From Methanotrichaceae archaeon (GTDB lineage Archaea; Halobacteriota; Methanosarcinia; Methanotrichales; Methanotrichaceae): DNA of 64,000 bases. Below the pieces are notes generated by a model. That model was not told the DNA's origin and searched no databases. It worked only from the letters and a program-made list of their open reading frames with translations. Shown in pieces: positions 40,384 to 51,177 of this stretch (within the stretch, counting starts at the first letter, position 1; every line of letters begins with the position of its first letter). The position numbers and the translations under genes were made by a program. The DNA lies in NCBI GenBank assembly GCA_963754945.1, contig CAVWIG010000021.1, positions 1 to 64,000 on the forward strand. The letters run 5' to 3'.

Positions 40384-40872
40384 TTAAGCCTTTCCTTCAT
40401 CGAGAAGATCGTCGTACTTGCCGTCCGCTACTACCTGCTGCGCCTCTTTTGAAGGCAATCCATCAACGGTCGCGCCCAAGGATCCCGCCGTTCCTATGAC
40501 CTCACGGGCTGCATTCTTCAAGGTCTTGGACAACAAGCTCTTTCTCTTTATGTTGGCGATCTTTACAACCTGCTCTATAGTCAGGTTGCCAACGATCGAT
40601 TTGTCGCCGGTACCCTTCTCTACCCCCATCTCCCTTATGATCAGGGCGGAGGTTGGCGGCGTACCTACCTCTATTTCGAACTCCGTTCTAGACTTGACTT
40701 TGATCTTGACAGGGACCTGCATTCCATTGAGATCCTTGGTCTGTTCATTGATCTTGGCCACTACCTGAGCGACGTTGACGCCCAGCGGTCCTAGGGCCGG
40801 GCCCAAGGGTGGTCCTGCACTGGCTTTTCCGCCAGGCACCAATGCTTCAACAACATTAGCCAAACTTTTCAC
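40384..40872 (-). CDS. rpl11: 50S ribosomal protein L11
   Basis: [15 protein letters not shown]; the true start is probably TTG at 40863. Confidence 0.97.
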   Translation of the reverse strand: MKSLANVVEALVPGGKASAGPPLGPALGPLGVNVAQVVAKINEQTKDLNGMQVPVKIKVKSRTEFEIEVGTPPTSALIIREMGVEKGTGDKSIVGNLTIEQVVKIANIKRKSLLSKTLKNAAREVIGTAGSLGATVDGLPSKEAQQVVADGKYDDLLDEGKA

Positions 40873-41330
40873 CTCTGTGCTTCATCTTTGCTGAGCACCC
40901 GTACATGATCGCCCCTTACGGTGATGGGGATGGGCACCATGGCCTCGAAGAGTTCTACTGTGATCTCTTCTTTGGCAATGTCTACACGCTTGACCCTTGC
41001 CTTTTCGCCTTTGAACGGCCCTGAAATGAGCTCTATGATGGCACCCTCGTTTATCCCGACAACAACTGGCCGGGGGGTAAGGAAGTGCTCTACTTCAGCG
41101 ATGGTGGATGCCCCTTTTATAACCGAGCGGGCGTGGGGTACTCCCTGGATTGCCTGATCGACGATCTCAGGAGTGGGTGCCTCTACGAGAACGTAGCCTT
41201 TAAGCACATCTGGTACCAGCAGTGCCCTTATATCATACTTATCCTTGCGTGCTATCTGGGCGATCAGGTTGGCCACCGAACGTTCCTGATTTGCAGTGGT
41301 CTTCACAACGTATATGCTGGTCTCGGACAT
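40869..41330 (-). CDS. spt5: Transcription elongation factor Spt5
   Basis: [14 protein letters not shown] and KOW motif [10 protein letters not shown]. Confidence 0.96.
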   Translation of the reverse strand: MSETSIYVVKTTANQERSVANLIAQIARKDKYDIRALLVPDVLKGYVLVEAPTPEIVDQAIQGVPHARSVIKGASTIAEVEHFLTPRPVVVGINEGAIIELISGPFKGEKARVKRVDIAKEEITVELFEAMVPIPITVRGDHVRVLSKDEAQR

Positions 41331-41432
41331 TCCGCCAATTTAGATGGCAAGCGTGTATAAAAAGCTTTGTAATACCATGGAAATCTCTTTATAGTATAAA
41401 CAAGGGAGTTGTCTGATGGGTGAGTATCTTAA

Positions 41433-42032
41433 ATGAGTGGTAGAACGGATCAGTTGCGAGATCTTGTTCTGAAGATTGGGGCCAGCACCAAGGTTGTAGA
41501 GAAACAGGCAACTCAGCACGGCAATCTCAGGGGCAGTACTGAGATCGAGCGCGCTCTCTTGGGTGTTGTCAAAGAGATGATAAAGACCTACAATATTCAG
41601 ACCAAGCTAACACCTGAACAGCTTTCCACGGTCATCCGGCTATTTTACAAGGGGCTGAGCGATACAGAGATCGCTGAGCGTCTGGGAGATCGATCGCTCA
41701 ACAAAACCGTAAGCAGGGCCAGGATTAAGCTCCATCTTTTCCGGGAATCCGATTTAAAGGCTCCTTTTGATAAGGCCGAGTTCCTCAAGCTCTCCGAGAC
41801 GGGAAAATCCGTCAAGGAGATGGCTGAGGTTCTGGGCGTTGCTCCCTCGACTATCAGCGAGTACAGGAACATATTCGAGAGCCAGCAGGTTGCGGAACGG
41901 GACAAGTTCACAAAGCGCTTTGAGGAGATACTCTCAGACCAGGATGTCTCTGAGCGGATGGTGACATCTCATATCTCCAAAGATGGCCTGCAAGACACCA
42001 TAGATACGGATTACGAGGCTGCTGAAGCCTGA
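41433..42032 (+). CDS. Conserved archaeal protein with two HTH motifs
   Basis: GLSDTEIAERLG...TVSRARIKL and GKSVKEMAEVLGVAPSTI. Confidence 0.75.
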   Translation: MSGRTDQLRDLVLKIGASTKVVEKQATQHGNLRGSTEIERALLGVVKEMIKTYNIQTKLTPEQLSTVIRLFYKGLSDTEIAERLGDRSLNKTVSRARIKLHLFRESDLKAPFDKAEFLKLSETGKSVKEMAEVLGVAPSTISEYRNIFESQQVAERDKFTKRFEEILSDQDVSERMVTSHISKDGLQDTIDTDYEAAEA

Positions 42033-42058
42033 TGCTTCAGCGGCCCAATCGTGTATTA

Positions 42059-42964
42059 TTAAGCTATCCCTAATACGAGGATAGCTATCATGATTAGCAT
42101 CCATTCTCCCTCCACAAAGAAGTCTAAGGCAAGTGGATTTCTCCTCTTCCTGAAGTACAAGATACAGACATATCCGTATAATGTCAGCGCCAACGCAAGT
42201 GGCCAGGCAGCTTTACCAATAACTGCTACCAAAGGGAGAAGGGTGCTATTAGCTGCAAAAAGGACAAATACTGTTCGTTGTTCCCCCATTAAGGCTGCCA
42301 TTGTCTTTACGCCGTTCTCTCGGTCACCTTTTATATCTCTTACATCGTATAGGACATTATCTACTAATGTTTTTATCAAAACGAAGTAGAACACCAATGC
42401 AACTGTCTTTGTGGCTGGATTGGCAAGATGCATGGCAGGCATTAATACCGTTACTGAAGCCCAAGTTAGGGCTACTACGATATTCTTCACAATGGGTATA
42501 TCTTTGAGTCTAGGAATACCTTTATACAATTTTCTTCCATAAAATGCGTTAGCAATAAAAGGAAGAAAGACCAAGGGAAGAGTCAATGGCTTATTTAGAA
42601 GCGATATCATGAAGGCCAACAGATAAGCTGCGAAAGAACATGCTAGAACAAGCCTCTTTCTTCCGTGGAGGAAGCTTCGTCTTTGGGGCATGTTGGTTAT
42701 ATCCTTATCTATATCGGCAATCTTGTCCAGACTATAAACACAGAAGGTGATCAGAAATACCACAATACAGACCAGGATACTGGGATTCATTCCCAGAAGA
42801 ATAAATGCGACGTATGTCTTGAAGAAGCCATGGGCACCAATAAAAAGCGAACTTACAGAAAGAAATGAAAAGAGTTTCTCTACCGCAACGTAGACTTGCT
42901 TTCCAATTACTGTAAATGTTTCTTCAGACAGATCTCTCTTATTGATATTTTTATATACGCTCAT
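42059..42964 (-). CDS. UbiA-family prenyltransferase
   Basis: YSLDKIADIDKD, RLKDIP and YDVRDIKGD motifs; multi-TM. Confidence 0.88.
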   Translation of the reverse strand: MSVYKNINKRDLSEETFTVIGKQVYVAVEKLFSFLSVSSLFIGAHGFFKTYVAFILLGMNPSILVCIVVFLITFCVYSLDKIADIDKDITNMPQRRSFLHGRKRLVLACSFAAYLLAFMISLLNKPLTLPLVFLPFIANAFYGRKLYKGIPRLKDIPIVKNIVVALTWASVTVLMPAMHLANPATKTVALVFYFVLIKTLVDNVLYDVRDIKGDRENGVKTMAALMGEQRTVFVLFAANSTLLPLVAVIGKAAWPLALALTLYGYVCILYFRKRRNPLALDFFVEGEWMLIMIAILVLGIA

Positions 42965-43075
42965 AATATACTATCCCCTTTTCCTAGATTTGAATTTTTC
43001 TGTCATGAGACCACAATATTGTACAATGTTAGCTAAATTGTTTAAACGTAACAATTAAAATTTATTTTAAAATGA

Positions 43076-43868
43076 ATACCCCGCAGCTTGCTGCGGTTGG
43101 GATGGTCAGGAAACCGACTTAAGGAAGATTGCATATCGTGCATATTGATGATTGAGGTAAGAAATGCAAGCCATTGTACTTATAAAATTCGATATCACAT
43201 GGTTTTCAGCTTAAAATATAGAAAAAAGCTGCTTCTAGATAATGATCGTATCAATTATATCAAATCTATTTGTCTGAAATCGGTGAAAGATACTGGTTCG
43301 ATTTTGATGCCATAGGAACCGATGGAGACCATGTTCATATTTTTGTTGGAGCTGCGCCGAGATATTCGCCTTCAAGAGTGATGCAAATAGTAAAAAGCAT
43401 AACAGCGAGAGCGTTTTTTAAGAAATTCCCCGAAGTAAGGAAACAGCTTTGGGGCGGCGAATTTTGGAGTGACGGAGGATACATGGGAACGGTAGGGGAT
43501 GGCGTGATGGCGGACACAATACGCAATTATGTTGAATCACAGGGAAGCCCTGAAGAAAAGGAAGGGCATAAACAAATGAAGTTGTTGGATTTCAGCTGAT
43601 TACAAACGACACTAACACGCCCCACTGCTTGCATCGGGGATAAAGGGCATGCATATTAAACTTAGGTTTGGATCAGCCTAACCTGGTTCCACTTTCATGC
43701 GGCGGCGCCTTGGATGCCCCGCAGCTTGCTGCGCGGGTGCGCCGCCGCCGTTTCACTTCGTTATTGACATCACGGCTAATGTAGATAACATATTATTTAT
43801 ATAAATGTGCAATTAATTTTGTCGCAATACCCCAATGCTTGCATCGGGTGCACTGCCGTCGTTTGACT
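43076..43868 (+). mobile_element. IS200/IS605-family element (tnpA only) with four related subterminal hairpins
   Basis: CCCCGCAGCTTGCTGCG-type palindromes at ~43076, 43617, 43714 and 43827 around tnpA. Confidence 0.8.
43148..43599 (+). pseudogene. tnpA: IS200-type Y1 (HUH) transposase TnpA, frameshifted near 43275
   Basis: YHMVF..KYRK in one frame; DHVHI, KSITAR, FWSDGGY and IRNYV in another. Confidence 0.88.
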
Positions 43869-44011
43869 AGGACCCCTCTCAAAAATAAAATAATATTTTA
43901 ATCGATTTCGATCTAATCAAAGAAATTTTTAAAAATCATAAGTAATGGAACGGCCCAACATTCCCCTTAAGTAAGAAACCTCGGGTATATTACAGAAGTA
44001 GCGGATCTTAC

Positions 44012-44821
44012 TTAAGTTATCTCTACTAAATCTGACATCTCGCGATAGTATTCGAATAGTTCCATTCCCCAAATTCTAGCTTTCTCTCCAAAACAGTTGA
44101 GGTCTGATCCGACGTCATAATTTCCATCAATCCTGAATAATCCCAGTGAAAGGTAGTTATCCGTCACAGTGAAAGCTATCCTGACATCCCGATCTATTGA
44201 ATAAAGTTGGAAATTCTTGTTTTCTATTAATGGCTTGAGGAATTCTAGATAATCTCTCTTGACGATTTCCAGAATAGGCTTAGTCAGCACGAGGTTTACA
44301 GTTGCCCCGTTCTCCACAGCTTTGGTGATGACTATTGGATATTCAGGTATTATGATAGGTGAAACCCCTACTATGACCTTTGACTTGATCACCTCATTGG
44401 CCCAATATTCTTGAGTCTTGAGAATAGCGGCCAGGTCGCCTTTAAGAATTTCTGACTGGCTTAACATACCCATTTTGGCCAGAAGTTCTAAAGGTATTCC
44501 GCTTATGTCGTGGGTTAGCCAAAAATCCTTGTGTTGATCTAAGAGGACAATAGTGCTCACAAGTTCATCCACAAGCAACGCCTGAATCTTACCAATGTTA
44601 GTCAATGAATATCCATGACGAGTCTTCTGAGCGAGGTCTTCATCGATAAGCTCCCTCATCGCATGGAGGATTGTTGATGCCCTGATGCACATGTCTTTTT
44701 CGAGTTCTCTGGCCGTCATTTCCCCTTTAGCCAGACGCAACATAATTTTCGTTCGTACTGCCGATCTCGTGAAAGCCTTTAGTCGATTTTCGGCTAGATC
44801 ATAGAAATCCTGGGCTGGCAT
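44012..44821 (-). CDS. Winged-helix transcription regulator with DUF1724-like C-domain
   Basis: RSAVRTKIML, YSLTNIGKI, FWLTHDISGIP and WGMELFEYY motifs. Confidence 0.85.
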   Translation of the reverse strand: MPAQDFYDLAENRLKAFTRSAVRTKIMLRLAKGEMTARELEKDMCIRASTILHAMRELIDEDLAQKTRHGYSLTNIGKIQALLVDELVSTIVLLDQHKDFWLTHDISGIPLELLAKMGMLSQSEILKGDLAAILKTQEYWANEVIKSKVIVGVSPIIIPEYPIVITKAVENGATVNLVLTKPILEIVKRDYLEFLKPLIENKNFQLYSIDRDVRIAFTVTDNYLSLGLFRIDGNYDVGSDLNCFGEKARIWGMELFEYYREMSDLVEIT

Positions 44822-44832
44822 GATTTCCTCCT

Positions 44833-45244
44833 CTATTTTCTGACCGCTTCAAAGGGTCCAGATAAAGCGTTCATGTCGCTATCTTGTACGTAAATAGGTT
44901 CCTTTAAGAGTATTTGGATCGATAACGTGGCTTTCTGCAAATGTTATAATTACCTGAGGATCTTTACTTCCATTCCTCACTGATAGATAATTTGCTTTAA
45001 CCTCATCACTATTTACAGTCCCAAAAATTATACCCGAATATTTGTCTCCAGAGGATGGCTGTACTGAGAAAGAGCCCAGTAGGTTCTCGCCCACCTGCTG
45101 GATATTCGCGGTCATAACCTCCTTTGCTCCCATGAAATCGTATTGGGACTCCCAGGTTCCCGTTAAATCTGCACAGTTAGCCTGAACTAAGTAGCCTGAC
45201 TGGATCAAGATGCAAAAGATTAGCGCTGACCTTGGTATCAGCAT
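44833..45244 (-). CDS. Secreted hypothetical protein; probable +1 frameshift near 44893
   Basis: Signal peptide and DLTGTW. Removing one T gives GTYYVQDSDMNALSGPFEAVRK*, ending next to the RBS of the downstream gene. Confidence 0.6.
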
Positions 45245-46088
45245 TTATATCCTCCAAATATTGTGCTCGATTCGGTTATTAAGCATCATAGTACATCTCT
45301 TCTCTATTAATAGTTAATCTCTTCAAATTTTACGAAGATTTGAGTCGCGAACTTTATTATTTGGTGATTATTACTATTTCTACAAAATATAGTTTACTAA
45401 CAAATCAATAGGTGGGCATCTCGAGGTAGCCGTAGACATGGCCATAATCCTCAGAATCGCCATCATTGACGTTCTTCTCTTTTTCAATGTAGGACCAGAG
45501 TGTTTAGGTTGAAAAATGGGGTCCCTCGACTCTCACTGAAACAATGTCCGCAGGGTGTTACAGCGAAGAAGCGTCATTATTCTTGTCATTTCCTTTCTTA
45601 GAACGATGTTCCCAGCTCCTCCTTTTCGTAATTCGGACAACCTCTGTGCCAGCACCAAATGCTGACAAATCAAGATTGAAATTGCATAACCCTCAAAGAG
45701 GAAAGAATTAAACTCAGGATATATAAATATTATCGGTAGCTACTACACTACCTTGACTATTGGGCTTTTTTGAAATCCCAATTGCAGTTTAGCCTCGCGA
45801 ACTTCATGACTGCTATATACAATTTGTTATCTAAATATAAATCTAATAATTTTCAGAGTTCTTTCCTTTTACGCGTCTTGATTTTGTACTCAAAACCTTT
45901 CTATTTATGTGACATAAAAGACTTTTTGGCTATCGTTTAAGATAGCTTTTTAGTATCTCAAATCCGTTAAGTTTATATGATGTTTTGGATCTAATCAAAA
46001 TTGCTGAATTAGGGCAAAATGTACTCAATTAAGCAAACGAATGGATAGATATGTTGGATGAGAAATTTGGCGTTCAAGAGGGAAATTT

Positions 46089-46177
46089 ATGAAAAGAAGC
46101 GGGATGTAATCATAACACAGATATTGGGGATCTGCTCCAAAGGAGCTAACAAGACGAGGATCGTATATCAAGCAAAT
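46089..46177 (+). pseudogene. Truncated winged-helix regulator (COG3432-like), frameshifted and cut by an IS
   Basis: MKRS/RDVIITQILGICSKGANKTRIVYQAN ends exactly at the IS terminus; no continuation on the far side. Confidence 0.7.
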
Positions 46178-46286
46178 GAGGGTTTCGATTTAGTGTTGGT
46201 TAATGAAGCCTTAAATTCTTGCGTTAATATTTTCAATCTTTATAGTGGTTTTTTAGCATATTTCACCCCTAAATTGGCTTATTAGA

Positions 46287-46404
46287 TGCTGTGTTGCGTA
46301 ACTCAAGGCCATGATGCTGGCAGATGTCGATTTTGCTCATTTTACCTATCATTACTGATATGCCACGATGCATATCGGTTTTAGCAGAGTTATTCAACAC
46401 AGCA
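46287..46404. mobile_element. 118-bp MITE nested inside the IS
   Basis: TIRs TGCTGTGTTG / CAACACAGCA; TATTAGA duplicated at 46280-46286 and 46405-46411. Confidence 0.8.
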
Positions 46405-46463
46405 TATTAGATTTCAATTTACCTTGTTGTTTCTAATTTTTGCGCTTTTTTAGAGAGCTTCCG

Positions 46464-47525
46464 CTAGGCTGTTTGTTTATGCACTAAATATTTCAACTGT
46501 TCCAGGTTGTAAACGACCGAATTCATCATGAATTTTACTCCAGCTCTTGCGACAGTTGTTACATAAACATGTGCTCCCTTATGCCCCCGCTTCATAACAG
46601 CGAAGCATCTTTCGATGTGCGATCGCGTTTTACTGATTCTCTTATTCCTCAGAAGATCTATGATTCCAAGCTTGTGACCTCTTGTAGCTTTTTTCATGGC
46701 TGCATCATATCCTCGAGTTTTTGCACCATCATATCCCTTATCGGCGTAACGTGGTAGCCCTTCAATTCCAAGATCTACCTGACTATCGTGTACAGAAGCA
46801 GTTGTAGTCTCAAAATATCTGATAAGGTGGTAATTGGTATCGATTGAGATATGACCTTTATATCCGAAAAAGGATTTGACACCCTTTTTTGCCCAACTTC
46901 CCTCATTTATTGGCTCTTCTTCGAGTCTCTGTGGTTTGGCCTTGTCATCAATAATATTATTTGAAATACCAATTAGCTCTTTATCAAACTCCTGATTCAG
47001 GCTCGTACTGGTGGCTTCGGAATCTTGACCTTCCTTTTTGTCCCCGCCTTGCTCGTCTTTCTTGTTCCTCTTCCGACCTGGGTCCGAAGTTATGAAGGTT
47101 GCATCCTGGATAGTGCCATTCTTTACAGTAAACCCCATCTCATCGAGCTGCCTTTGAAGCTCATTCCAAAGATCATCGTATACGTCGCACTTAATCAAAC
47201 GTTCACGGAATAGCCAAACTGTGCTGAAATCAGGAATTACTTCAGTGGTGCCAAGGAAAATACGAAAAGAGATCCTATCCGCAACCTGTCGCTCCAGTTC
47301 TGGATCTGTTAGACCAAACCAATGCTGAATTACGAGAGCTTTCACCATAATCACGATGTCAATGTTCGGACGACCTCCGCGGCTAGTTTTATTTTTGTAT
47401 ATCAATGGTTCCAAAAATCTGAAACGCTCCCAATTGATCAACGATCCGATCTCGGATAGATCATCTCCGAGGGCTTTTACTCGAGCATATTCTGCTCGAA
47501 TGGCAAAATCAATGAGAGTCCTCAT
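46464..47525 (-). CDS. IS5-family transposase (DUF772-like N-terminus + DDE)
   Basis: GGRP, DRISFRIF, IPDFSTVWLFRERL, IQDAT, FGYKGH, YADKGY and RSHIER motifs. Confidence 0.92.
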   Translation of the reverse strand: MRTLIDFAIRAEYARVKALGDDLSEIGSLINWERFRFLEPLIYKNKTSRGGRPNIDIVIMVKALVIQHWFGLTDPELERQVADRISFRIFLGTTEVIPDFSTVWLFRERLIKCDVYDDLWNELQRQLDEMGFTVKNGTIQDATFITSDPGRKRNKKDEQGGDKKEGQDSEATSTSLNQEFDKELIGISNNIIDDKAKPQRLEEEPINEGSWAKKGVKSFFGYKGHISIDTNYHLIRYFETTTASVHDSQVDLGIEGLPRYADKGYDGAKTRGYDAAMKKATRGHKLGIIDLLRNKRISKTRSHIERCFAVMKRGHKGAHVYVTTVARAGVKFMMNSVVYNLEQLKYLVHKQTA

Positions 47526-47692
47526 GCATTATATTATAGTATTAATAGTATATAAGTATTTCGATTGATTAGTTTTTCGAAACTCTCATATATTTAGCCC
47601 TAACTCTATCCAAACCAACAATAGCGAAATACGTAAGAGAATTTAATAACCTACTCCCCCCATAAGATGTAACGCTAATTAACACCCCTCAT

Positions 47693-48715
47693 TTATGACT
47701 TCATACAGACAAAGATATGCCTTGTAAGGCTCCTGTGAACACGATCTGTATGAATTTCTCTCACAGCGAAATTTGCTCTGGTTATGTGCTCCTCTATATG
47801 CCTCTCAGCAACAACCACTATTCGTCTCCCTGGCTTCAAAACCCTGTGGAGTTCGGCTAGTCCTTTGTCCAGGAGTTCCTCCTTGGACTCTGCCCTTATG
47901 AGGGCTGATCTGCCGTAGGGTGTGTCAAGGACAGCATTATCAACTGAGCAGTCCCTGAAAGGCAAACGTCTGGCATCGCCTGCTATCATAGTGCAATCCA
48001 GCCCTTCCAGGTTAACCCTGGCTCCTCGAACCAGCTTCTTTTGAACATCTACTCCTACGCACTTTATGCCGACTAGACAGGCCTCGACTAGTATCCCACC
48101 GGTGCCCGAGAAGGGATCTAATAGCAGATCGCTCTCCTTTGCCTGGGAGATGTTGACCAACGCCCTAGCCATCCTCGGCATCAACACGCCTGGGTAGAAG
48201 AACGCCTTGAGGTGAGGCCGCCGGTCTTCAAATTCACACCGTTTTGCCCGAGTCACCTCAATGCCCAGGACGACTTTGTTGCCTGTTATAACGGCTCGCA
48301 ACTCAACTTCTGGTTTGGTGAGATCTGCTTTGTATCCCCTCTTGTAAAGAGCTCGACCGACCACTCTCTCCACTTGATCGGTTTGTAAAGGCGCATTTTT
48401 GACATTCCTGGCCCTGACGCTATAGGCCTTATCGGGAATCACAATGCTCTCTGCCGCATTAGCCAGTGAATCCAGGCTGGCATCGCAGATTGCCAAGACC
48501 TCTATTATCCTATGGGTCATGGCAAGCCGCAAGCCCAGGGTCTGAGCATCCAGATCTTCTGCTTCCACTACCAGGCACTGGTCCAGGAGACACAGTTCTC
48601 TGGAGCCACTGGAGTAGATCTCGAGAAGAGCTAGAGCTTCGCTTCGGGGTAGGGTATCGTGCTCCCCGGAGAGCTCGAAGGCGTAGGTGCGAGCCATGTC
48701 CAGGCTTGATATCAA
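47693..48715 (-). CDS. tRNA (guanine-10-N2)-methyltransferase, THUMP domain (Trm11/TrmG10)
   Basis: ELSGEH, PRMARALVN, LDPFSGTGG, DTPYG and VHRSLTR motifs. Confidence 0.9.
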   Translation of the reverse strand: MISSLDMARTYAFELSGEHDTLPRSEALALLEIYSSGSRELCLLDQCLVVEAEDLDAQTLGLRLAMTHRIIEVLAICDASLDSLANAAESIVIPDKAYSVRARNVKNAPLQTDQVERVVGRALYKRGYKADLTKPEVELRAVITGNKVVLGIEVTRAKRCEFEDRRPHLKAFFYPGVLMPRMARALVNISQAKESDLLLDPFSGTGGILVEACLVGIKCVGVDVQKKLVRGARVNLEGLDCTMIAGDARRLPFRDCSVDNAVLDTPYGRSALIRAESKEELLDKGLAELHRVLKPGRRIVVVAERHIEEHITRANFAVREIHTDRVHRSLTRHIFVCMKS

Positions 48716-49797
48716 TCCAGGTAGCTGTTCACATCTCTGTAGTTGAAGCCCTCGGAACCCAGGACGTTCTCCATGAAGTTGAAGAGCGTTCTTCTGACAT
48801 CATCGGCGAGCAGGGGATACCAGGTGGGGCTGGCCACAACCATGGCCCTGAAGGCGAAGAACGGGGCTATGACCTCTAAGAGAGCGTCGTCTCCTGTTTT
48901 CTCCAGGTACCTATCAAAGAATAGCTCGAATAGATCTTTCAAGTCGCCGGAGAGACGGAAGCTCTTCTGGACAGAGTAGAAGATGTAGTTCATGGCCATG
49001 GCAGTTATATCGTCTGCCGCCTCGCCCCACTCGCCTCTAGACCTGTCCAGGACTGTGAAATCGGTACCCTCGCGGAACATGATGTTCCAGGGGTGAAAGT
49101 CGCCATGAACCTGACAGAGCCGATCAGTCCTACTCCTAAGCTTCCAGCGCCACTCCACGCAGAGCTTCTCTACATCGCATAGCTCGCCAGGATCGAGAAA
49201 GGCAGGGTTTTCAGGGTAGTCGTCCAGGATCCCGAAGATGCACTCGCCATCCCCGACGATCTCCCGGATCTTGCGCAGATAGAGGGGCGCACAGTCCCTC
49301 TTGACTGAGTGGATATCTGCCAGGTAATCGGCGAGGGCAGTGACCCTTTGGTAGTCCAGATCTGTCGCACCCTTCTCTTTGACCCTCTCCAGGTCGAAGA
49401 AGTACTCCTTTCCCTCAACTTTCTCCATCATGAGGAAGTACTCTTTGGCCTCCCCCGAGGAGACCAGCCGCCCATCCTCAGTAAAGTAGCCGACGTCCAG
49501 AGACGGCACGTGCTTAGGCAGCTTGCCAAAGGTCGCGTTCTGCCAGATCAAAATCCTGGCACGATCTGAGAAGTGGTCGTGGCCGAAGCCGTGCTGGACC
49601 CGCATAGTGGAGAGCACCGCAGAGCCGTTTTTTCCTCCGGAGACGTACTCCACAAGCAGAGGGGCACCGTACCCGAAGCCTTTGACGTCCTCAGTTGTTG
49701 GTATTGTCTCGCCCATTCTGCGCAGGCTTTGCAGCTCGAGGTCCTGGTCTATAAGGTCGCGCAGATAGGCCTCAATGTTCTCCCGTTTGAGATCCAT
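48712..49797 (-). CDS. APH/choline-kinase-like phosphotransferase
   Basis: HGDFHPWNI and LDRSRGEWG motifs. Confidence 0.85.
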   Translation of the reverse strand: MDLKRENIEAYLRDLIDQDLELQSLRRMGETIPTTEDVKGFGYGAPLLVEYVSGGKNGSAVLSTMRVQHGFGHDHFSDRARILIWQNATFGKLPKHVPSLDVGYFTEDGRLVSSGEAKEYFLMMEKVEGKEYFFDLERVKEKGATDLDYQRVTALADYLADIHSVKRDCAPLYLRKIREIVGDGECIFGILDDYPENPAFLDPGELCDVEKLCVEWRWKLRSRTDRLCQVHGDFHPWNIMFREGTDFTVLDRSRGEWGEAADDITAMAMNYIFYSVQKSFRLSGDLKDLFELFFDRYLEKTGDDALLEVIAPFFAFRAMVVASPTWYPLLADDVRRTLFNFMENVLGSEGFNYRDVNSYLD

Positions 49798-49814
49798 TTT
49801 TTCACCTCAGCGGT

Positions 49815-51071
49815 TCAGGTTCCCGTCTGCCAGCTGTGCAGATACTTGTCCTGCTCTGGCGTCAACTTCTCGGTCTTCAGGCCCATGGAGGCCAGTTTGA
49901 GCTCAGCCACTCTTCGGTCGATCTCCACAGGAACTGCGTATACTTTTTTCTCCAGGCTTCGCCCGTGCTCCACGATGTAGCGCACGGCCAACGCCTGATT
50001 GGCGAAGGACATATCCATGACCTCTGGAGGGTGGCCGTAGGCTGCAGCCAGATTGATAAGTCGGCCCTCTGCCAGGAGGTACAGCCTCCTTCCGTCTTTG
50101 AGCCTGTACTCGGCCACGTTGTTCTGAATATCGGTCTTCGCAACCGCCATCTTCTCAAGGGCTGGGATATCGATCTCAACGTTGAAGTGGCCGCTGTTGG
50201 CGAGGATTGCCTGGTCCTTCATCAGCTCGAAGTGTTCCTTCCGGATGACGTTAATGTCGCCCGTTAGGGTCACGAAGAGGTCTCCCAGCGGAGCAGCCTC
50301 AAGCATGGGCATGACTCGGTAGCCGTCCATGGCCGCTTCCAGGGCTTTGCGCGGCTCGATCTCCACTACTATGACGTTTGCCCCAAGCCCCTTGGCCCTC
50401 ATGGCAAAGCCGCGGCCACACCAGCCGTAGCCGCCAACGACGACGTTCTTTCCGGCGAAGAGGAAGTTGGTCGCGTTCATTATGCCGTGCAGTGTGCTCT
50501 GGCCTGTGCCGTACCTGTTGTCGAACATCATCTTTGTCTCGGCGTCGTTTACGGCTATGACGGGATAGAGCAGGGCGTTGTCAGCAGCCATGGCCCGAAG
50601 TCTCACGACTCCCGTAGTCGTCTCCTCGCAGCCGCCGAACATCTGCGCAGCAAGCTCAGGATGCTCCTTGTGGACTATAGCTATGGTGTCCGCTCCGTCA
50701 TCCAGGGTGACGTTGGGCTTGATTTCCAGGGCTTTCTTGATGCAGTCGTAGTACTCCTTATCGTTCTCTCCCCGGAAGGCATAGACATGCAGCCCGCGGG
50801 CTGCCAGGGCAGCAGCCACTTCATCCTGGGTGGAGAGGGGGTTTGAGCCGGTGACGGCGATCTCCGCCCCGCCTGCCACGAGGGTTGTGATCAGGTTTGC
50901 TGTCTCGACTGTGACGTGCAGGCAGGCCACAATCCTTGCGCCTTTCAGCGGCTTTTCCTTTTCGAACTCTGCTTTGATGCTCTCCAGGACGGGCATGTGA
51001 CGCCTGGCCCACTCGATCCTCTTCTCGCCGGCTTCCGCCAACGCTGGATCTTTGACGACGCTCTTTTGCAT
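49815..51071 (-). CDS. ahcY: Adenosylhomocysteinase
   Basis: [30 protein letters not shown] and GYGWCG motifs; ATG at 51071 with a GGTGA RBS. Confidence 0.97.
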   Translation of the reverse strand: MQKSVVKDPALAEAGEKRIEWARRHMPVLESIKAEFEKEKPLKGARIVACLHVTVETANLITTLVAGGAEIAVTGSNPLSTQDEVAAALAARGLHVYAFRGENDKEYYDCIKKALEIKPNVTLDDGADTIAIVHKEHPELAAQMFGGCEETTTGVVRLRAMAADNALLYPVIAVNDAETKMMFDNRYGTGQSTLHGIMNATNFLFAGKNVVVGGYGWCGRGFAMRAKGLGANVIVVEIEPRKALEAAMDGYRVMPMLEAAPLGDLFVTLTGDINVIRKEHFELMKDQAILANSGHFNVEIDIPALEKMAVAKTDIQNNVAEYRLKDGRRLYLLAEGRLINLAAAYGHPPEVMDMSFANQALAVRYIVEHGRSLEKKVYAVPVEIDRRVAELKLASMGLKTEKLTPEQDKYLHSWQTGT

Positions 51072-51177
51072 TAAATCACCTTGAAATTTATTGATGGGGT
51101 TCTTGGCATACCAGACCATTTTTAGCTACTTAACCCAACCGGTCAGCATATTATGTCCTACGTGTTAAGTCCCAGAC

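Larger units (their letters stand above)
46178..47587 (-). mobile_element. IS5-family element (second type)
   Basis: Imperfect TIRs GAGGGTTTCGA / TCGAAACTCTC; no clear long TSD. Confidence 0.8.

Noticed and set aside
45250-46050. Gene or RNA in the AT-rich gap
   Set aside because: No sustained ORF, repeat or convincing structure was seen.
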